Source: Scyliorhinus canicula
Lineage: Eukaryota
Length of the DNA: 64,000 nucleotides
Assembly: GCF_902713615.1 (NCBI RefSeq)
Contig: NC_052147.1
Span: forward strand, 182,182,267 to 182,246,266
Direction: 5' to 3'
Positions 12,626 through 26,851 of this stretch are shown here, piece after piece. Below the pieces are notes generated by a model. The model ran no database searches, was not told the origin of the DNA, and saw only the letters and a program-made list of their open reading frames with translations. The position numbers and the translations under genes are program-made. Numbering within the stretch: position 1 is the first letter of the stretch; every line of letters begins with the position of its first letter.

Positions 12626-14438
12626 TTATTTGTAATACATTGAAGGCACTAACAATTGTATAGACAACACAATAAAGTACCCTATAACTGAACCAAAATG
12701 GGTAAATCCTCATTATTGCAAATTTGTAATGACTGGCAGAGGTGTGAGCTCCTTTTATTACAAAGAGGTTCAGGGGAAAGAGGATAAAATTGGGAAATTT
12801 AAAAATATTGTTTTTTTTAATCCGTTTAGATTTCCCACGATGGCTCTAATGCTCAGTGAGAGACCTTTTGGAGTGCTTGCCTGCCAATTATCAAGAAATG
12901 AGAGAGCTGCACGAGTTCCCTTGTAGTCCAATGCCCTCACTTTTCAGATCTGACCCCACACCAACACCACCCCGAGCAAAACCAGGCTCTTTTGGTGTTT
13001 AGACCTGTTGCTCATTTAATAATATCTCTAATTATTCATTTTAAAAACCAGGATGAACAAAATAGTTAATTTTTGGGTGTGCATTTATTTCAAATTAGAA
13101 ACCTTCAATAGAATTCTTGCAATTCAAATTCTGTATTCTATTCTGTCAGATTTAATCAGCAATGTACCACTAGCTTTTTAAAAATGCTCCAGGAGTTTTA
13201 TATCCATAGATATGTTTTTGCAGATTTTTTTAAAAAGTCTGACCTTCAACACAAAATGTTGCTCTGAGTTTTTACTAATAAAGGTATACATCAAGACATT
13301 GAGTGACAAATTTAACTTTGCATTTAAGCAAAGATAATCTGAAAATTTGGAAGCATATTATCCATGTGAATAAATAATCTGTATAGTTTAAATAACCTAG
13401 ATAGTTTACAACTAGATAACTTTTATTTTCTCTTTCCCTTCTCCAAAGTTAAATGAATTTGATGTACTGCTTAACTGGTGAATTAATTTAAATAAGTGAC
13501 AGATAGTTCATGTACCCCACTGAAAACCTTCAAAAATTACCAATATCTCTGTTTCAGTGCAAACTGTTCATTAATTCCCTCAGAAAATCCCAACACCAAG
13601 TTCATCATTGGAGGTAGGAGGAATATTGCCCCATACATTATACATTTAAATACAGGAAATTGGGAATTGTGCATCTATAATTTTCAGAAGTTTGGTCATA
13701 TTAAGTTCTCATTTTAAATGAAAACTGGACCAGTTCTAGAACTGTGTTAGTAGTGGTTACTTGTTGAATATCAGAAAATTACTTGCCCCAAATTCAGCTT
13801 TCTTATTTAATTCTTGCCCTCATCATTCATTTCAGACCATGTATCCTACCCATAACCGCTCACTTTCAACAGTGAGCACATCTGGTAATGTCTTAGTCAA
13901 AAGACAAACACATCAGCTACAATAGACGCCTGTGGTTATTCTGCTTGATAATTTAAATCCAATATAACATCTGGACCCCAGAAATTCTGATAGAGTTGAC
14001 TGCACTGCAATAAAGCCACTCGCTTGTTTCAGTCACCTGACTTGTTTCCTGGTTGCATTTTGGTGGATTATAATGTCACTTCATTTGTTAATAGAATCCT
14101 AACAATTTAGCTACCTTTTGAGCTTCAATGCATGGTTTTAAGAATTGATGTAAATTTTGAATGGACAGAAATTTGTTAGAATTTGTTCTTCATTTATGAA
14201 CAGGCACTTAAATTCTGCTATTGATGCTCTAAATACACTGAAATGTGCTGTAGAACCTTATAATTTCTGAAATTTACATTATTAGCCATCAGTGTCTTAT
14301 TGATGATCTGGGCATATTGCATAACCGTTCTTTGAAAACATTCTTTTGTTTTTTTACAAAAAAGTCCATCCTGGGGAATTTATAAATACGTTTTTTCCAA
14401 CACTTTTTCATGTGCTTTGTAATCTTTAAATCTGCTCA

Positions 14439-14729
14439 TCAAGAGATGTCCTTTTGACTTGGTTGAATAATGCTGGTTTGCTTCGGCAAACCTGGATCAA
14501 TATTCTGGTTTCCGTTTCCTGGCAATGGGATTAAGTTCCTAGGCAAATTTGACTGGTTGAATCCATTCTCAGTGGCTTGGGTAGAGCTTATGCTGGTCTG
14601 CTCATCTGGTTCAGAGGTAGTGACCGGGACGTCTGCCGTTGCTAGATTGTTGGAGCTGGGTGATGATTTAAGATGTGGAGGACACCCAACTGGCAAAGTG
14701 TCTGCAGATACGGGACAATCGTTTTCCTC
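14439..14729 (-). CDS. MFSD6: MFSD6 terminal coding exon
   Basis: ctttag|GAG acceptor in phase 0, open frame EENDCPVSADTLPVG...QKDIS* ending TGA TGA. This tail is low-complexity, so the call rests on splice phase and position. Confidence 0.8.
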   Translation of the reverse strand, partial: EENDCPVSADTLPVGCPPHLKSSPSSNNLATADVPVTTSEPDEQTSISSTQATENGFNQSNLPRNLIPLPGNGNQNIDPGLPKQTSIIQPSQKDIS

Positions 14730-15057
14730 CTAAAGTGAATATAAAAGCACATTTAACACATTGCCAAGGATTTTTAATTCCAGATAAATGTTAAGAGCAC
14801 TAAGGACTTTTTCCAAAATTAATACAATTGGTTTATTATAAAATTAAAAATGTCAAAGTTATCGAGGCTGAGATAGAACAGTACCAGAGACCTGCAGTTA
14901 AAAGCAGGAGAGAAAAAAATAATCGTGTGGCATCAGTGCAATTGATTTTGTTGATGAATATTTTTCTTTTTCTCCCTGTAAACTTAAACCAGCAGGAAAT
15001 TTAACATTTTTCAATTGGGGCAAGTACAAGTAGCACATTGCTAAGTATCAGCACAGA

Positions 15058-15134
15058 AACGAAAGGGAAAATGCTGGAAAATCTCAGCAAGTCTGGCAGC
15101 ATCTGTAGGGAGAGAAAAGAGCTACCGTTTCGAG
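15058..15134. mobile_element. Short Penelope-like fragment with TSD TCAGCACAGA
   Basis: AAATGCTGGAAAATCTCAGCAAGTCTGGCAGCATCTG motif typical of shark PLE termini, flanked by a 10-bp direct repeat; an older fold-back relative lies at about 18170-18340. Confidence 0.55.
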
Positions 15135-15176
15135 TCAGCACAGATTAGGTCTAGCGGTATTAATTAAAAATAGTTT

Positions 15177-15224
15177 AATCGCGGTACTAACTAGATTCTA
15201 AATCGAGGTACTAACTAGATTCTA
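15177..15224. repeat. 24-bp tandem duplication
   Basis: AATCG(C/A)GGTACTAACTAGATTCTA x2. Confidence 0.9.
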
Positions 15225-16199
15225 AAAGAAATTGTTATAATTTTTGGCTTGATGGTGAGTCATGGAGAAAATATTCCTGTTGGCTCTGTAATTAAATGAT
15301 GAATTATTATGACTACTCCCATGAAAGTTTACCAAGGAACTTGGTTAAGGGAGTTTTTAAAGACAATCCCCAGTCAAATCTGCAAAAAAGATGAAAGGAA
15401 TTTTACACTGTTCAAGTGCAAAATTCCTTCTGGATTTCTCATAACATTTACTATTTTCTTTAATTTCCCAAAATACTTTCTCTAATACAACTTGTCATTA
15501 TGAAATATATTTAACAGCATTTGCTGCATGTTCCCATTGTGATTATTCCTCATTTTGTCCTTTTCACCAGATTTGCTTCTGACATCTAACATTGTAAAGT
15601 CAAACAGGTGTTTGGAAGAATTTAAAGTTGTTTTCCCCACAAATGTTTATGGGCATCCATCCCAGTGATAGAATTAGCATCAGAAGCCTGCATTTTATGT
15701 TAGATTTCAGAACCTTGGTTTTCCACCTCCTTCTTGGTTTGGTCACATTACCGATGGAATGTATTACCATCACAGAGGTCACTTACATACAGGAGGTTCA
15801 TTCCTGGCTTGTGTCAGGGAGTTGTAATATTTTAGGGACAGATTCACTGCAGAAGGTCCTGCCACACTGGGAAGGAGAGGTAGCCTGGCAGCTGTCCAAT
15901 TTACAAATACTTTTAAATTGCCAAAAGGGTTTTAAATTTCATTCACAGGATTTGGGAATTAGTGTATCATAAACCTGCTAACATGTGGCTGGGCACGGTT
16001 CCCCGTCAAACAAAACTAACTAATGGGAGAAAGGCAAAGAACTGATGGCACAGAGGATTGTGTTGCTGCATTGCTTTCTATATTCACCCAACCAATCAAA
16101 ATTCAGCAGCCGGAGGTGGCAAGGATACGTCAAGATGTTAATATTTCTGCTGCAATCCCAACTGTTGAGAGGTGCGATTCGTTTTGATGCCAATGTGTG

Positions 16200-16480
16200 C
16201 AACACGGTAGCACAGTGGTTAGCACAGTTGCTTAACAGCACCAGGGTCCCGGGTTCGATTCCCGGCTTGGGTCACTGTCCGTGCAGATTCTGCATGTTCT
16301 CCCAGTGTCTGCATGGGTTTCCTCCGGGTGCTCCGGTTTCCTCCCACAGTCTAAAGATGTGCAGATTGGGTGGGTTTACTGGGATAGGGTGGAGGCGTGG
16401 GCTTAAGTAGGGTGCACTTTCCACGAGCCGGTGTAGACTCGATTGCCGAATGGCCTCCTTCTGCACTGTAAATTCTATGA
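16200..16480 (+). mobile_element. HE1/V-SINE-type SINE
   Basis: Head, core and tail A. Confidence 0.88.
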
Positions 16481-17130
16481 TGGTTTAAGTCTAACTTTAC
16501 CAAAATGGGATGATTAATCTAAATTTCTGACATGATCCTCCTTTATTTGGGATGATGCTCACGCTCTAGAATCAGTGAGCATCACCCCTCACCCACCGCC
16601 TCATCCCATCCAAGCAAAGTTCAGGGTGAAACTACAGCACATTAAACATGAGGTGCATATTTATTATTGTGAAGCTATTTATCTTGAACTTCTACCTGCT
16701 AAAATGCAGAAATAGCAAGGTCTCCGTCCTATTGTTAAGATATGAGACACATGGCCACTTGCCTTCATTTGAAGCAAGCAACAGTTTCTTTCCATTTCAA
16801 TGGCAGCATCGGGATCAGGCACCCCCTCAGTTACCGTCATCATGTAAAAATGGGCAAATATAGTTTGGAAAAGGTGCTGAGGATGCAGTTTCTGATGCCA
16901 GTCGTCATTTCGCATTGTATTTTACAAGGATGGCCGCAATTAAAATATTACTTGCTATGAGCTAAACACGTTTCCCAACTAAAACTTCTACTTTTGCAGA
17001 GTATGTTTTTTCACAGCTGATTTCATTCAGTGTTTTGACTCTGAATTATCACAATTTAAACTTAAAAATTATAAGAGCTACCCTTGAGCATATTGATGAA
17101 CAGAGTGAGATTTGTAATATAAAAGTGTCA

Positions 17131-17451
<321 letters not shown>

Positions 17452-20400
17452 CTACCAATGATAATATACAAGAAGATGGAGCAGAAATTTGAAGTTTTCA
17501 CTTATGAGCAACATGGTATAGAAGTTCATTAGCTATGAAAGTAAAATAATTAAACTTAATACTTAAATTCTTCTAATGCAAGATAAATATAACAAATCAG
17601 AAATTTAGGAGTAATTTTGTTATACCTGGACTGGTTGAAGCAGCTATAAATTATGCATTTAAGGAGAAGTTTGGTGCATATGTGAAGGAGAAGGGACCAG
17701 AGAAGGAAGGAGAGGAACAGGAGGTCAAAATGAAAAGAGATAATTCCAGTGGGAGAAGACTCGGTTGATTATAGATAGATAGAACAGTATAGCACAGAAC
17801 AGGACCTTCGGCCCTCGATGTTGTGCCGAGCAATGATCACCCTACTCAAAGCCCACGTATCCAACCTATACCCGTAACCCAACAACCCCCACCTGACATA
17901 GGTCAGTTGGACCAAGTAGCCTGTTTCTGCAGTCTAGATTCTGTGTTTGCAGTGGCTGTACTCTGCTCAAAAATCCTCACTCCTTGTCATTCATTCAGGT
18001 TGACTACTCTGGTTAAGTGTAGCATTTTCAAAGCTACATACCCAATGGATGAATCTCATAAAGATATTCTATTAGTAGGTTTGCAGTTTGCACACATGGT
18101 GCATGCTTCAGTAGCATGTTAACCACAGTTACAGTTCTGCAAATATCATCAGCCGCTGTTTACCTTAACGACAACAGAAGATGCTAGAAATAGCAAAAGA
18201 CAGCTTCTGTGGGGAGAGAAATAGAGTTAACGTTTCAAGCTAAACAGTTAACTGTTTCACTCCACAGATGTTGCCCGCTTTGCTGATTATTTGCAACATT
18301 TTCTGTTACTTCATATTTCCAGCATTTGCAGGATTTTTCTTTTGTATTTACCCCAATATCTCTAATGCTTCCTGCAGCATTAGACTTTTTAAAAAAGTAT
18401 TCTTAATAAGTTTTTGCAGAATTTTTCATAATAAAACAGTAGTAACAATAATACCAAAACAAACGAGTGAACATTAACATAGTGTAAAAAGAGAATATAC
18501 AATAACAATTAAATAGACATTACCCCACGCGACCCAGTCTTCCCACACCATCCCAATGAAGCACTCAACCCCCACCCATGGATTGCTGCTGCTGCTGACA
18601 TTTTAATTTCCCCCGAGAAGTCGACGAACGGCTTCCACCTCCAACAGACCTAGCGTAGACCCTCTTAAGGCAAACTTTTATTTTTCTCGAGGCTGAGAAA
18701 CCCAGCCATGTTGGTAACCCAAGTCTCTACACTCGGGGGCTTAGAGTACCTCCACATTAATAAAATCCATCTCTTGGCTACTAGGGAGGCAAAGGCCAAG
18801 ACGTCGGCCTCTTTCGCCCCCTGCACTCCCGGGTCTTCTGACATTCCAAAGATCGCTATCTCTGGACTCGACACCACCCGTGTGTTAAGCACCTTGGACA
18901 TTGCCCTCGTGAACCCTTGCCAGAACACTAAGCTCCGGGCATACCCAAAACATTTGCAGGGCTGCCCTTGCACCTCATACAACTGTCTTCTACCCCAAAA
19001 AACCTGCTCATTCTCGCTGCCATCATGTGTGCCCGGTGGACCACCTTAAATTGAATCAAACTGAGCCTGGCACATGATGAGGAGGAATTAACCCTGCCCA
19101 GGATCTCGGCCCACAGACCCGCTTCCAACTCCTCAGCTGACCCCTCCTCCCACTTGCCCTTGAGCTCCTCCACCGGGGTTTCCTCCGCCTCCTGTAGTTC
19201 CTGGTAGATATCCAACACCTTCCTCTCCTCCACCCAGGTGCCGGAGACCACCCTGTCCTGTATCCTCAGTGGCGGCAGCGTCAGAAAGGCCACTACCTGT
19301 TTTTTCAGGAAGGCTCGTACTTGCAGATATTTAAAGGCGCTTCCTGGCGGCAGATTAAATTTGTCATTTCTCCTCTAGCGCCTTCGAACTGGGAAAACCT
19401 CCGTCTATGAACAGATCTCCCATCCTTCGCTGCCAGCTCTGGAACCCACTATCCATCCTACCTGGGACAAACCTGTGGTTGTTACATATCGGGGTCCAGA
19501 CCAACGCTCCCTCCAGGTTCTTGTACCTCCTCCACTGTCCCCAGATCCGCAGTGTCGCCACCACCACACTTGTGGAGTAACAGGTCGGCGAGAACGGCAA
19601 AGGAACCGTTATCAAAGCTCTCAGACTAGTACCTTCACATGGCGGCACCTCCAGCTAGCTCCCTACGCCGCCCCCCCATCGCCCACTTCCTAATCATAGC
19701 TATATTGGCCGCCCAGTCGTAGTTGCGAAAGTTCGGCAGCGCCAACCCCCCCCCCCCCCCCCCGGACTGTGCTCCAACAGTCTTATTCGCCCACACAAAG
19801 CCTGTATGATCCTACGCACCCACTTTAAAAAGGCCTTGGGGATGAAGATGGGGAGGAACTGAAAGACAAAAGTCTGGGGAGGACAGTCATTTTCACGGCC
19901 TGCACCCTCCCTGCCAGTGACAGCGGGAGCATGTCCCACTTTTTAAAGTCCCTTTCCATTTGCTCCACCAACCGGGTCAGGTTGAGCTTGTGCAGGGCAT
20001 CCCATTTCCTGGCCACCAGTATACCCAGGTAACAAAAACTTTTCTCTACCATCCTGAGCGGCAGATCTTTCAGTCTCTCCTCCTGCCCCTTGGCCTATAT
20101 CACAAACAACTCGCTCTTTGTACCCTGAAAAACTACCAAAATCCCTCAGGATCCGCAGATCCTTCCCCCATCCCCTCCACGGGGTCCGAAATGTACAGGA
20201 GCAAATCATCTGCGTATAGCGAGACCCGATGTTCCACCCCAACACCCCCCTCCCCCGAACCAGTCCCCGCCACTTCCTCAAGGCTCTCAGCGCCATAGTG
20301 GTTCTATAGCTAGGGCAAATAGTAACGGGGAGAGGGGACACCCCTGCCTCGTTCCCCTGTGAAGCTCGAAGTACCCCGACCTCAGCCAGTTTGTACATAC

Positions 20401-20759
20401 ACTTGCTACAGGCGCCTAGTTTCACCCAGCCAATAAAGCCCTCACCAAACCCGAACCTCCCCAGTGTTTCCCACAGGTACTCCCACTCCACCCAGTCAAA
20501 GGCTTTCTCTGCTTCCATTGCTGTTACCACCTCTGCCTCCCCTCCCTCGGAGGGCATCATAATATTCAAATGTCTCCGGACATTGGTATTGAGTTGTCTG
20601 CCTTTAACAAACCCAGTCTGGTCTTCCTCTATCACCCCGGGACGCAATCCTCAATTCTTGTGGCCAGAATCTTAGCTAGCAATTTGGCATCCACATTTAA
20701 AAGCAAAATCAGCCTGTATGACCAGCAATGTTCCGGGTCCTTCCCTCGTTTAAGAATGA

Positions 20760-20950
20760 TGTGGAGATGCCGGCGTTGGACTGGGGTGAGCACAATAAGA
20801 AGTCTTACAACACCAGGTTAAAGTCCAACATGTTTGTTTCAAACACTAGCTTTCGCAGCACTGCTCCTTCCTCACCGGAGGAAGGAGCAGTGCTCCGAAA
20901 GCTAGTGTTTGAAACAAACATGTTGGACTTTAACGTGGTGTCGTAAGACC
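20760..20950. mobile_element. Penelope-like fold-back element (72-bp inverted arms) with 13-bp TSD
   Basis: Arms 20802-20873 and 20878-20949 with 3 mismatches and a 4-nt loop; TSD CGTTTAAGAATGA / CGTTTAAAAATGA. Confidence 0.7.
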
Positions 20951-21271
20951 CGTTTAAAAATGAGTGAGATCAAAGCCTGTGACATTGTTGGGGGGGGGGG
21001 GGAGGGTTCCTTTCTCTCTGGCCTCATTGAGCGTCCTCATCAGGAGTGGGCTCAATATTTCCGAACATTTCTTATAGAATTCTACCTGGTAACCGTCCGG
21101 CCCCGGGGCTTTACCCAATTGCATGCCCTCTATACCCTTGACAATCTCCTCCAATCTAATTGGGGCCCCCAGCCCCTCCACCAGGTCCTCTTCCACCTTT
21201 GGAAACCTCAAGTGGTCCAAAAATTGCCTCATCCCTTCTGCTCCCATCGGGGGCTCCGAGTCATGTAGTTT

Positions 21272-21612
21272 ACTAATACTGTTATCATGGAGGGAATCAA
21301 AGCCCCCGAGGGCTGAGGTATGGCCTAGAGAAAGTCAAGTTCGTCTTGAGAGGTTCGCTACTAGGGTTCGCCCGAAGGTGGAGGCCATTTAATGACTTCT
21401 TCGCAGAGGAGTAAGCGTCAGCAGGGGGGGGGAGGGGGGGGGCTAGGGTAGAGTAGGGGGATATTGAGGCAGGTCAGTGTGTGAACAGAGCCTGGTTTGC
21501 ATTATGTTTAATGTGGAATTTGTGTCGTGACTTTTTTTGTTTGTACTGTACAATGTCATTTTTTCTATATGCCTAAAATACCTCAATAAAATTGTTTGTA
21601 TAAAAAAAAAAT
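21272..21612 (+). mobile_element. L1 3' fragment inserted antisense into the larger L1
   Basis: Encodes the L1 ORF2 C-terminus (SWRESKPP...KFVLRGS...RRWRPF..FF*), then AATAAA and poly(A). Confidence 0.8.
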
Positions 21613-22008
21613 AACTCCTTAAAGACTCCGTTTACCACCCCCCGGATCCAAGACTGTGTTACCCTCCTTATTCTTTAGTCCCCTAATTTCCCTGGCCGCC
21701 TCCCTCTTTCGCAGTTGGTGTGCCAGCATGCTACTTGCTTTCTCCCCGTACTCATAGACTGGCCCCCTTGCCTTCCTCAGCTGTGCTAACACTTTCCCTG
21801 TGGTCAGCAGTTCAAACTCTGACTGCAGACTCCGCCGCTCCCTCAGTAGCCTCCACGTATCTCCTGTCCACTTAGAATATCTCCTCCACCAGTCTCTCCC
21901 TCTCCGATCTTTCTCTCTTTTCCCTATGGGATCAAATTGAGATGAGTTCCCCTCTGACAACTGCCTTCAGAGCCTCCCAGACAGTTGCCGCTGCTACCTC
22001 ACCCGTAT

Positions 22009-22333
22009 ATAGAACAGCACAGAACAGGCCCTTCGGCCCTCGATGTTGTGCCGAACAATGATCACCCTACTCAAGCCAACGTATCCACCCTATACCAGTA
22101 ACCCCCCCCCCCCCCCAAATTAACCTTATTTTTTAGGACACTAAGGGCAATTTATCATGGCCAATCCACCTAACCCGCATATCTTTGGACTGTGGGAGGA
22201 AACCGGAGTACCCGGAGGAAACCCACGCACACATGGTGAGGACGTGCAGACTCCGCACAGACAGTGACCCAGCCGGGAACTGAACCTGGGACCCTGGAGC
22301 TGTGAAGCATTTATGCTAACTACCGTGCTTCCC
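22009..22333 (-). mobile_element. HE1/V-SINE-type SINE inside L1
   Basis: Core and tail B; interrupts L1 ORF2. Confidence 0.88.
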
Positions 22334-25300
22334 GAATAGTTTGTTTCCAGGTAATCCTGGATGTTCCTGCTAATCCACCCGCAAACCTCTACGTCCGCCA
22401 GCAGCCCCACATCCAGCCTCCATCTGCTCCATAAAACCCTTCAGTTCTTTAGCCACTGCCGGTCGCTTCCCTGTCCTGGACTTCTACCGGTCCAGCTCAG
22501 GGTCAATGACTGTGTTAAAGTCTCCCTCCATGATCAGGTTGTGTGACTCTTAAGTCCGGGATTTTGCCTAGCATGCGCCTCATAAATTCCACATCATCCC
22601 AGTTCGAAGCGTAGACGTTCACAAACACCACACGGACCCCCTCCCACTTTCCACTCACCATTATATACCTGCCCCCTTATCTACCACAATTCTCCCAGCC
22701 TCGATTGCTACACCCTTACTGATCAGAATTGCTACCCCCTGGTCATCCAGCCCTGAATGGAACACCTGGCCTACCCATCCCTTTCTCAATGTCGTGTGAT
22801 CTGCGAGCTTTAAATGTGTCTCCTGAAGCATTGCTATGTCTACCTTTAACCCCTTTAGATGCGCAAACACATGCGCACTCTTTTGACCGGCCCATTCAAA
22901 CCCCTCCCCCCCCCCCCCCCCCCCCCCTGCCGACTAGCCATCGCCCTTTTTTGACCAACCTCGAGCCCGCGCCTTTCGCTTCCACAGGGAGCCACCACCC
23001 CGACCCTCAGTTGGTACCCTGAAATTGATACCTCCTCTGTCAGCAAAGCAGCATCCCCCCCCCCCCCCCCCCCCCCCCCAACAGCCCCTCGACCCAAAAC
23101 CCCCACCAAGCACCAGCTGAGCACTTGCTCACCCCCCACTACGCTCCCGAGAGTCAGCTGACCCCGGCAGCTCCCGCCCCTGGCGCCGATCAGACTGTCG
23201 CCTCATTGTCCGGACCCCTCTCCCCACATGAATAAACCAATTAAACCACCTCTCCAGCCCCAGTGAGTAAATAGTAAAACGAAACGAAAAATAAACAGAA
23301 GACACTAACATTGCCCCGTGAGAAGACACTTATTGAACCAAGGCTCCAACTTCCCAAAAAATCGCACTAAGTACAGGGCCCCCTCCCCCCTCCGTATCTC
23401 AACTTTGCCGAAAACACTGCACCCTCCAGCCACCACCACAGCCCTTACACGCACCCAACATTGTCTACAATCTTATATTAGAAACGGTACCATGTTACCC
23501 AGCCCCACCGTTGCATTCCACCAAAGCTTAACCGTCCTTTAATTCGAGTCCAGCTTTTCTTGTTTGACGAATGACCACGCCTCGTCCGGCCTCTCAAAAT
23601 AGTGATGCCATTCCTCGTACGTGACCCATAGCCTCGCTGGGTGTAGCATCCCAAATTTCACCCCTTGCTGAAGAGGGTTGCCTTCACCCGGTTGAATCCA
23701 GCACACCTCTTAGCCAGCTCCGCACCCAGGTTCTGGTAGATGCGTACCATGCTGTTCTCCCACCTGCTGCTCTGTTCTTTTTTTGCCCACCGTAAGACAA
23801 GTTCCTTGTCTGAGAAGCGATGAAATCTCACCACCATGGCCCTCGGGGGTTCATTTGCCTTGGGCTTCTTTGTAAGGGCTCTGTGCGCCCCGTCCAGCTC
23901 CAGGGAACAAGGGAATACCCCCTTCCCTATCAGCATCTCCAGCATCTTGGACACAAATGCTCCCACATCCGACCCCTCCACACCTTCAGGGAGGCCCACA
24001 ATTCTCAAGTTCTGTCTCCTGGACCTATTTTCTAGGTCCTCCAGCCTCTCCTGCCACTTCTTGTGGAGGTCATCCTGCGCCTCCACCTTAAGGACCAATA
24101 CGACCAACTCGTCCTCATGGTCAGATAGCCTTTTTCTCCATCTCCTTAATCGCTTTCCCTTGTGTCACCTGAGTTGTGATCATTTGGTCTATTGATGCCT
24201 TCATCGGGGCCAGCATGTGCTTTTTAAGATCAGCAAAGCAGCCCCTAAGGAACCCCTGTTGCTCCTGTGCCCACTGCGCCCATACACCCTGGTCTATACT
24301 GGCCACCATGTTATGCCTCGGCACTCGCTCCGCACGCTTCTGTCTGTTGGGACTTAAATGCTTCACCCGACCACGTTGTGTGATCAGTGGGATGGGGGCC
24401 AATGAAGGTAGGGGCTGGATAGGTCGTCAAGGGGGCCTGTGGGGGTTGGAGGGGTTAGATGGCGTCCTGTGGTGGAGGGGGGGGGGGGGGGGGAGGGATG
24501 ATTCGGGGTCCCTTGGGGAGGGTAGGCTCAGGATTTTGTGGGGGTCAGTGCTATATTTACCCAGGATTGGAGTTGATTTTAACTTCTACTTCTTCCTGGG
24601 TATCTATTCATTTCGGACAGTCAGAACAATCCAAAGGCTGCAATTTAATTTGAGTAGCAAATGGTTCCCAGTGCAGGGTAGCTGCCTTATGAAAGTTTAA
24701 AATTCCTGGGCAACAGACTTGCAGTCTTTGTGTGGAACATCAATGTGTGTGCGGGGAGGGGAGGAAAGAAAAAAGTGTAGTACCCCAGTGCATTTTTGGG
24801 ACCCCCGGGAAGTTATGTGCAATAATTTGCTGGGACAACAGTGGGTCTCGCAGCACTGTATGGATGTCTGCTCTCTCAGCCAAGCCTCATTATGCATTAT
24901 CAACTGAGAGGCTACACATCCATTGGTCTGTTGAAACAGCTACACCCCAAGGAAAACATTTATTGATTGACAGTTCTTGTTCTCTGATCTCTGTCAATTG
25001 CACAATGTTTGTTTACATAGGATAAAGAGTTTTCAAGTGCTTGCAGTTTCTGCTGTTGATACCTTAAGGGTCTGGATGTTTGACACTTTTTTTTACTGGG
25101 CTGTAGTGAAAACATTTCTGGCAAGAAAGTAGAAAGTTATGCATGAATAACTGTTTTATTAAGCCTTTCCACACATCCTATTGTTACTATAGGGTTCATT
25201 GGTTCTGTAGAGTGTGTATAATGAGTGGGCATGAGGGTTCTATAGCTTTGCATGGAGGTTATGAGGGGGCATGGATTGGGTTGGGAGGCATAGCTTGGCA

Positions 25301-26851
25301 TGGGGAGATATGGGTAAAAGCTTTTAAACTTACTTTTCCAGAAATCCCCCTTTCAGACTATGGTCCACTCCACCCATGTGGGTCCGTAAACCATGAGTCC
25401 TTTAAAAGTTGGCGTAACTCTCTGAAAATGCGGAGGACTTGACATGCCTACCTCCACTATGGAGCTGTCCAGGTCAGGAGTGCAGGGTGTAAATTTGCGA
25501 CCTGCACTAGCCTCACACTGATAAATGGAATCAGGATCTCCAGAATCGGCTCCATTTGTACATTGCCACAGAGTCTCCCCGACTCCGTGAAAATACAGCC
25601 CGTTAACTCTTTTTTTCTCCAACGGTGCTGCCCGATCTGCGAAAATTTTCTGTCGCATTATTTTTAATTGATGGCGCTTTTTTTCTGATAATGCAGTATA
25701 TTGTATAAATTGATTGGGTTGATTTCTCCCATGTCCCTGCCGATGGGTTCAATGATGGCTGCAGGGGAAGAATACAGCAAGAGGCCCAAAAAATGCTTTT
25801 ATGCTGACGTGGTTTTCTGGGGATCTTCCATGGCGGATCGGGAAACCTGCAAGAGGCCAGCGTGAAACTCACCTGCATCCCACTGCTGGGGTGCAATGAA
25901 ACTCTGACCTCCCATGCCCAATTTTCTGCAGCGCCAGCGAGAAAAGAAGCTGGTGCAAAACCCATCTGGAACAACCTAGTGGGTAGAACAATGTCTGAGA
26001 CTGCCACCAGAGTTCAAGATGGAATCCGTTGGCAACCCTGGGCCCCAGAACACCACAGCAGTGAATCAAAGGGAGTGGCTCCATCTTCCATCCTCAGAAT
26101 GTTTCTGGAGATCGATCTTTTTTCTCAAGAGATCCATTTTAATTTTCAGGAGGTCTACCTTTCTTCAATCGTGGGTCAATGATGTTGGGCCCCTTTTCAA
26201 TATGGCACCCGGACACGACGGCAGACAATGCTGCTTCATGCCTGCCTTGTCACGGGAAACTGTGCAAACCACCGAGTTACATGATTAAGGAGGTCGTGGT
26301 TGGAAGGTTTGGTGTCTTTCCGTCAGCATCCACAACGGGAAACGATTTGGGTGCGATCGAATGGCCTTGTCGCACCAGACCTGGTGAAGCGATGAGGTTG
26401 ATAAATCGAGAGAGAGGCCCCTCGAGGGATTTGTGGCTCTCTGAACACCTCCCAATATCTAACGAGATCTCGTGTGAAAGTTGCAATCTGAATCTCTCTC
26501 TCACTGGGTCAGATCCAGATTAATATATTTAAGTAAGCCATTAGGCTCATTTAAATATGTCTGCGCCTTCTTCTCCCGAGGCCCAGGAACGAATGCCCGC
26601 ACACAGGAGACCTTGTCATGGCACCATTTAGCACTGGTCCACACATTTGTGGACTAGGTGTGACTGCACCTGGGGGAGGATTGGAGGCCTCCAGGTGGTC
26701 AGGCTCTGGACAGGTTGGTGCTGCCATGCTAGCAGGGTTCCAGGCTGGCAGTGCCATGATGCCCAGCCGCCAGGTTGCCCATGGCAGAGATTGGGATAGG
26801 GGGCACATGCCCTTAGGGGGTCCTCGAATCTCTCCTAACCCCACCTCATAA

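Larger units (their letters stand above)
18385..24402 (-). mobile_element. Decayed near full-length L1-clade LINE (ORF1 about 23540-24402; ORF2 about 18650-22950) with nested insertions
   Basis: ORF1 LEDLENRSRRQNLRIVGLPEG...AHR; ORF2 fragments MLQETHL, KAPGPDG, DQTGFVKGRQ, AEKAFD, LSLIQFKVVHR; T-rich 3' end near 18390 on +. Confidence 0.92.
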
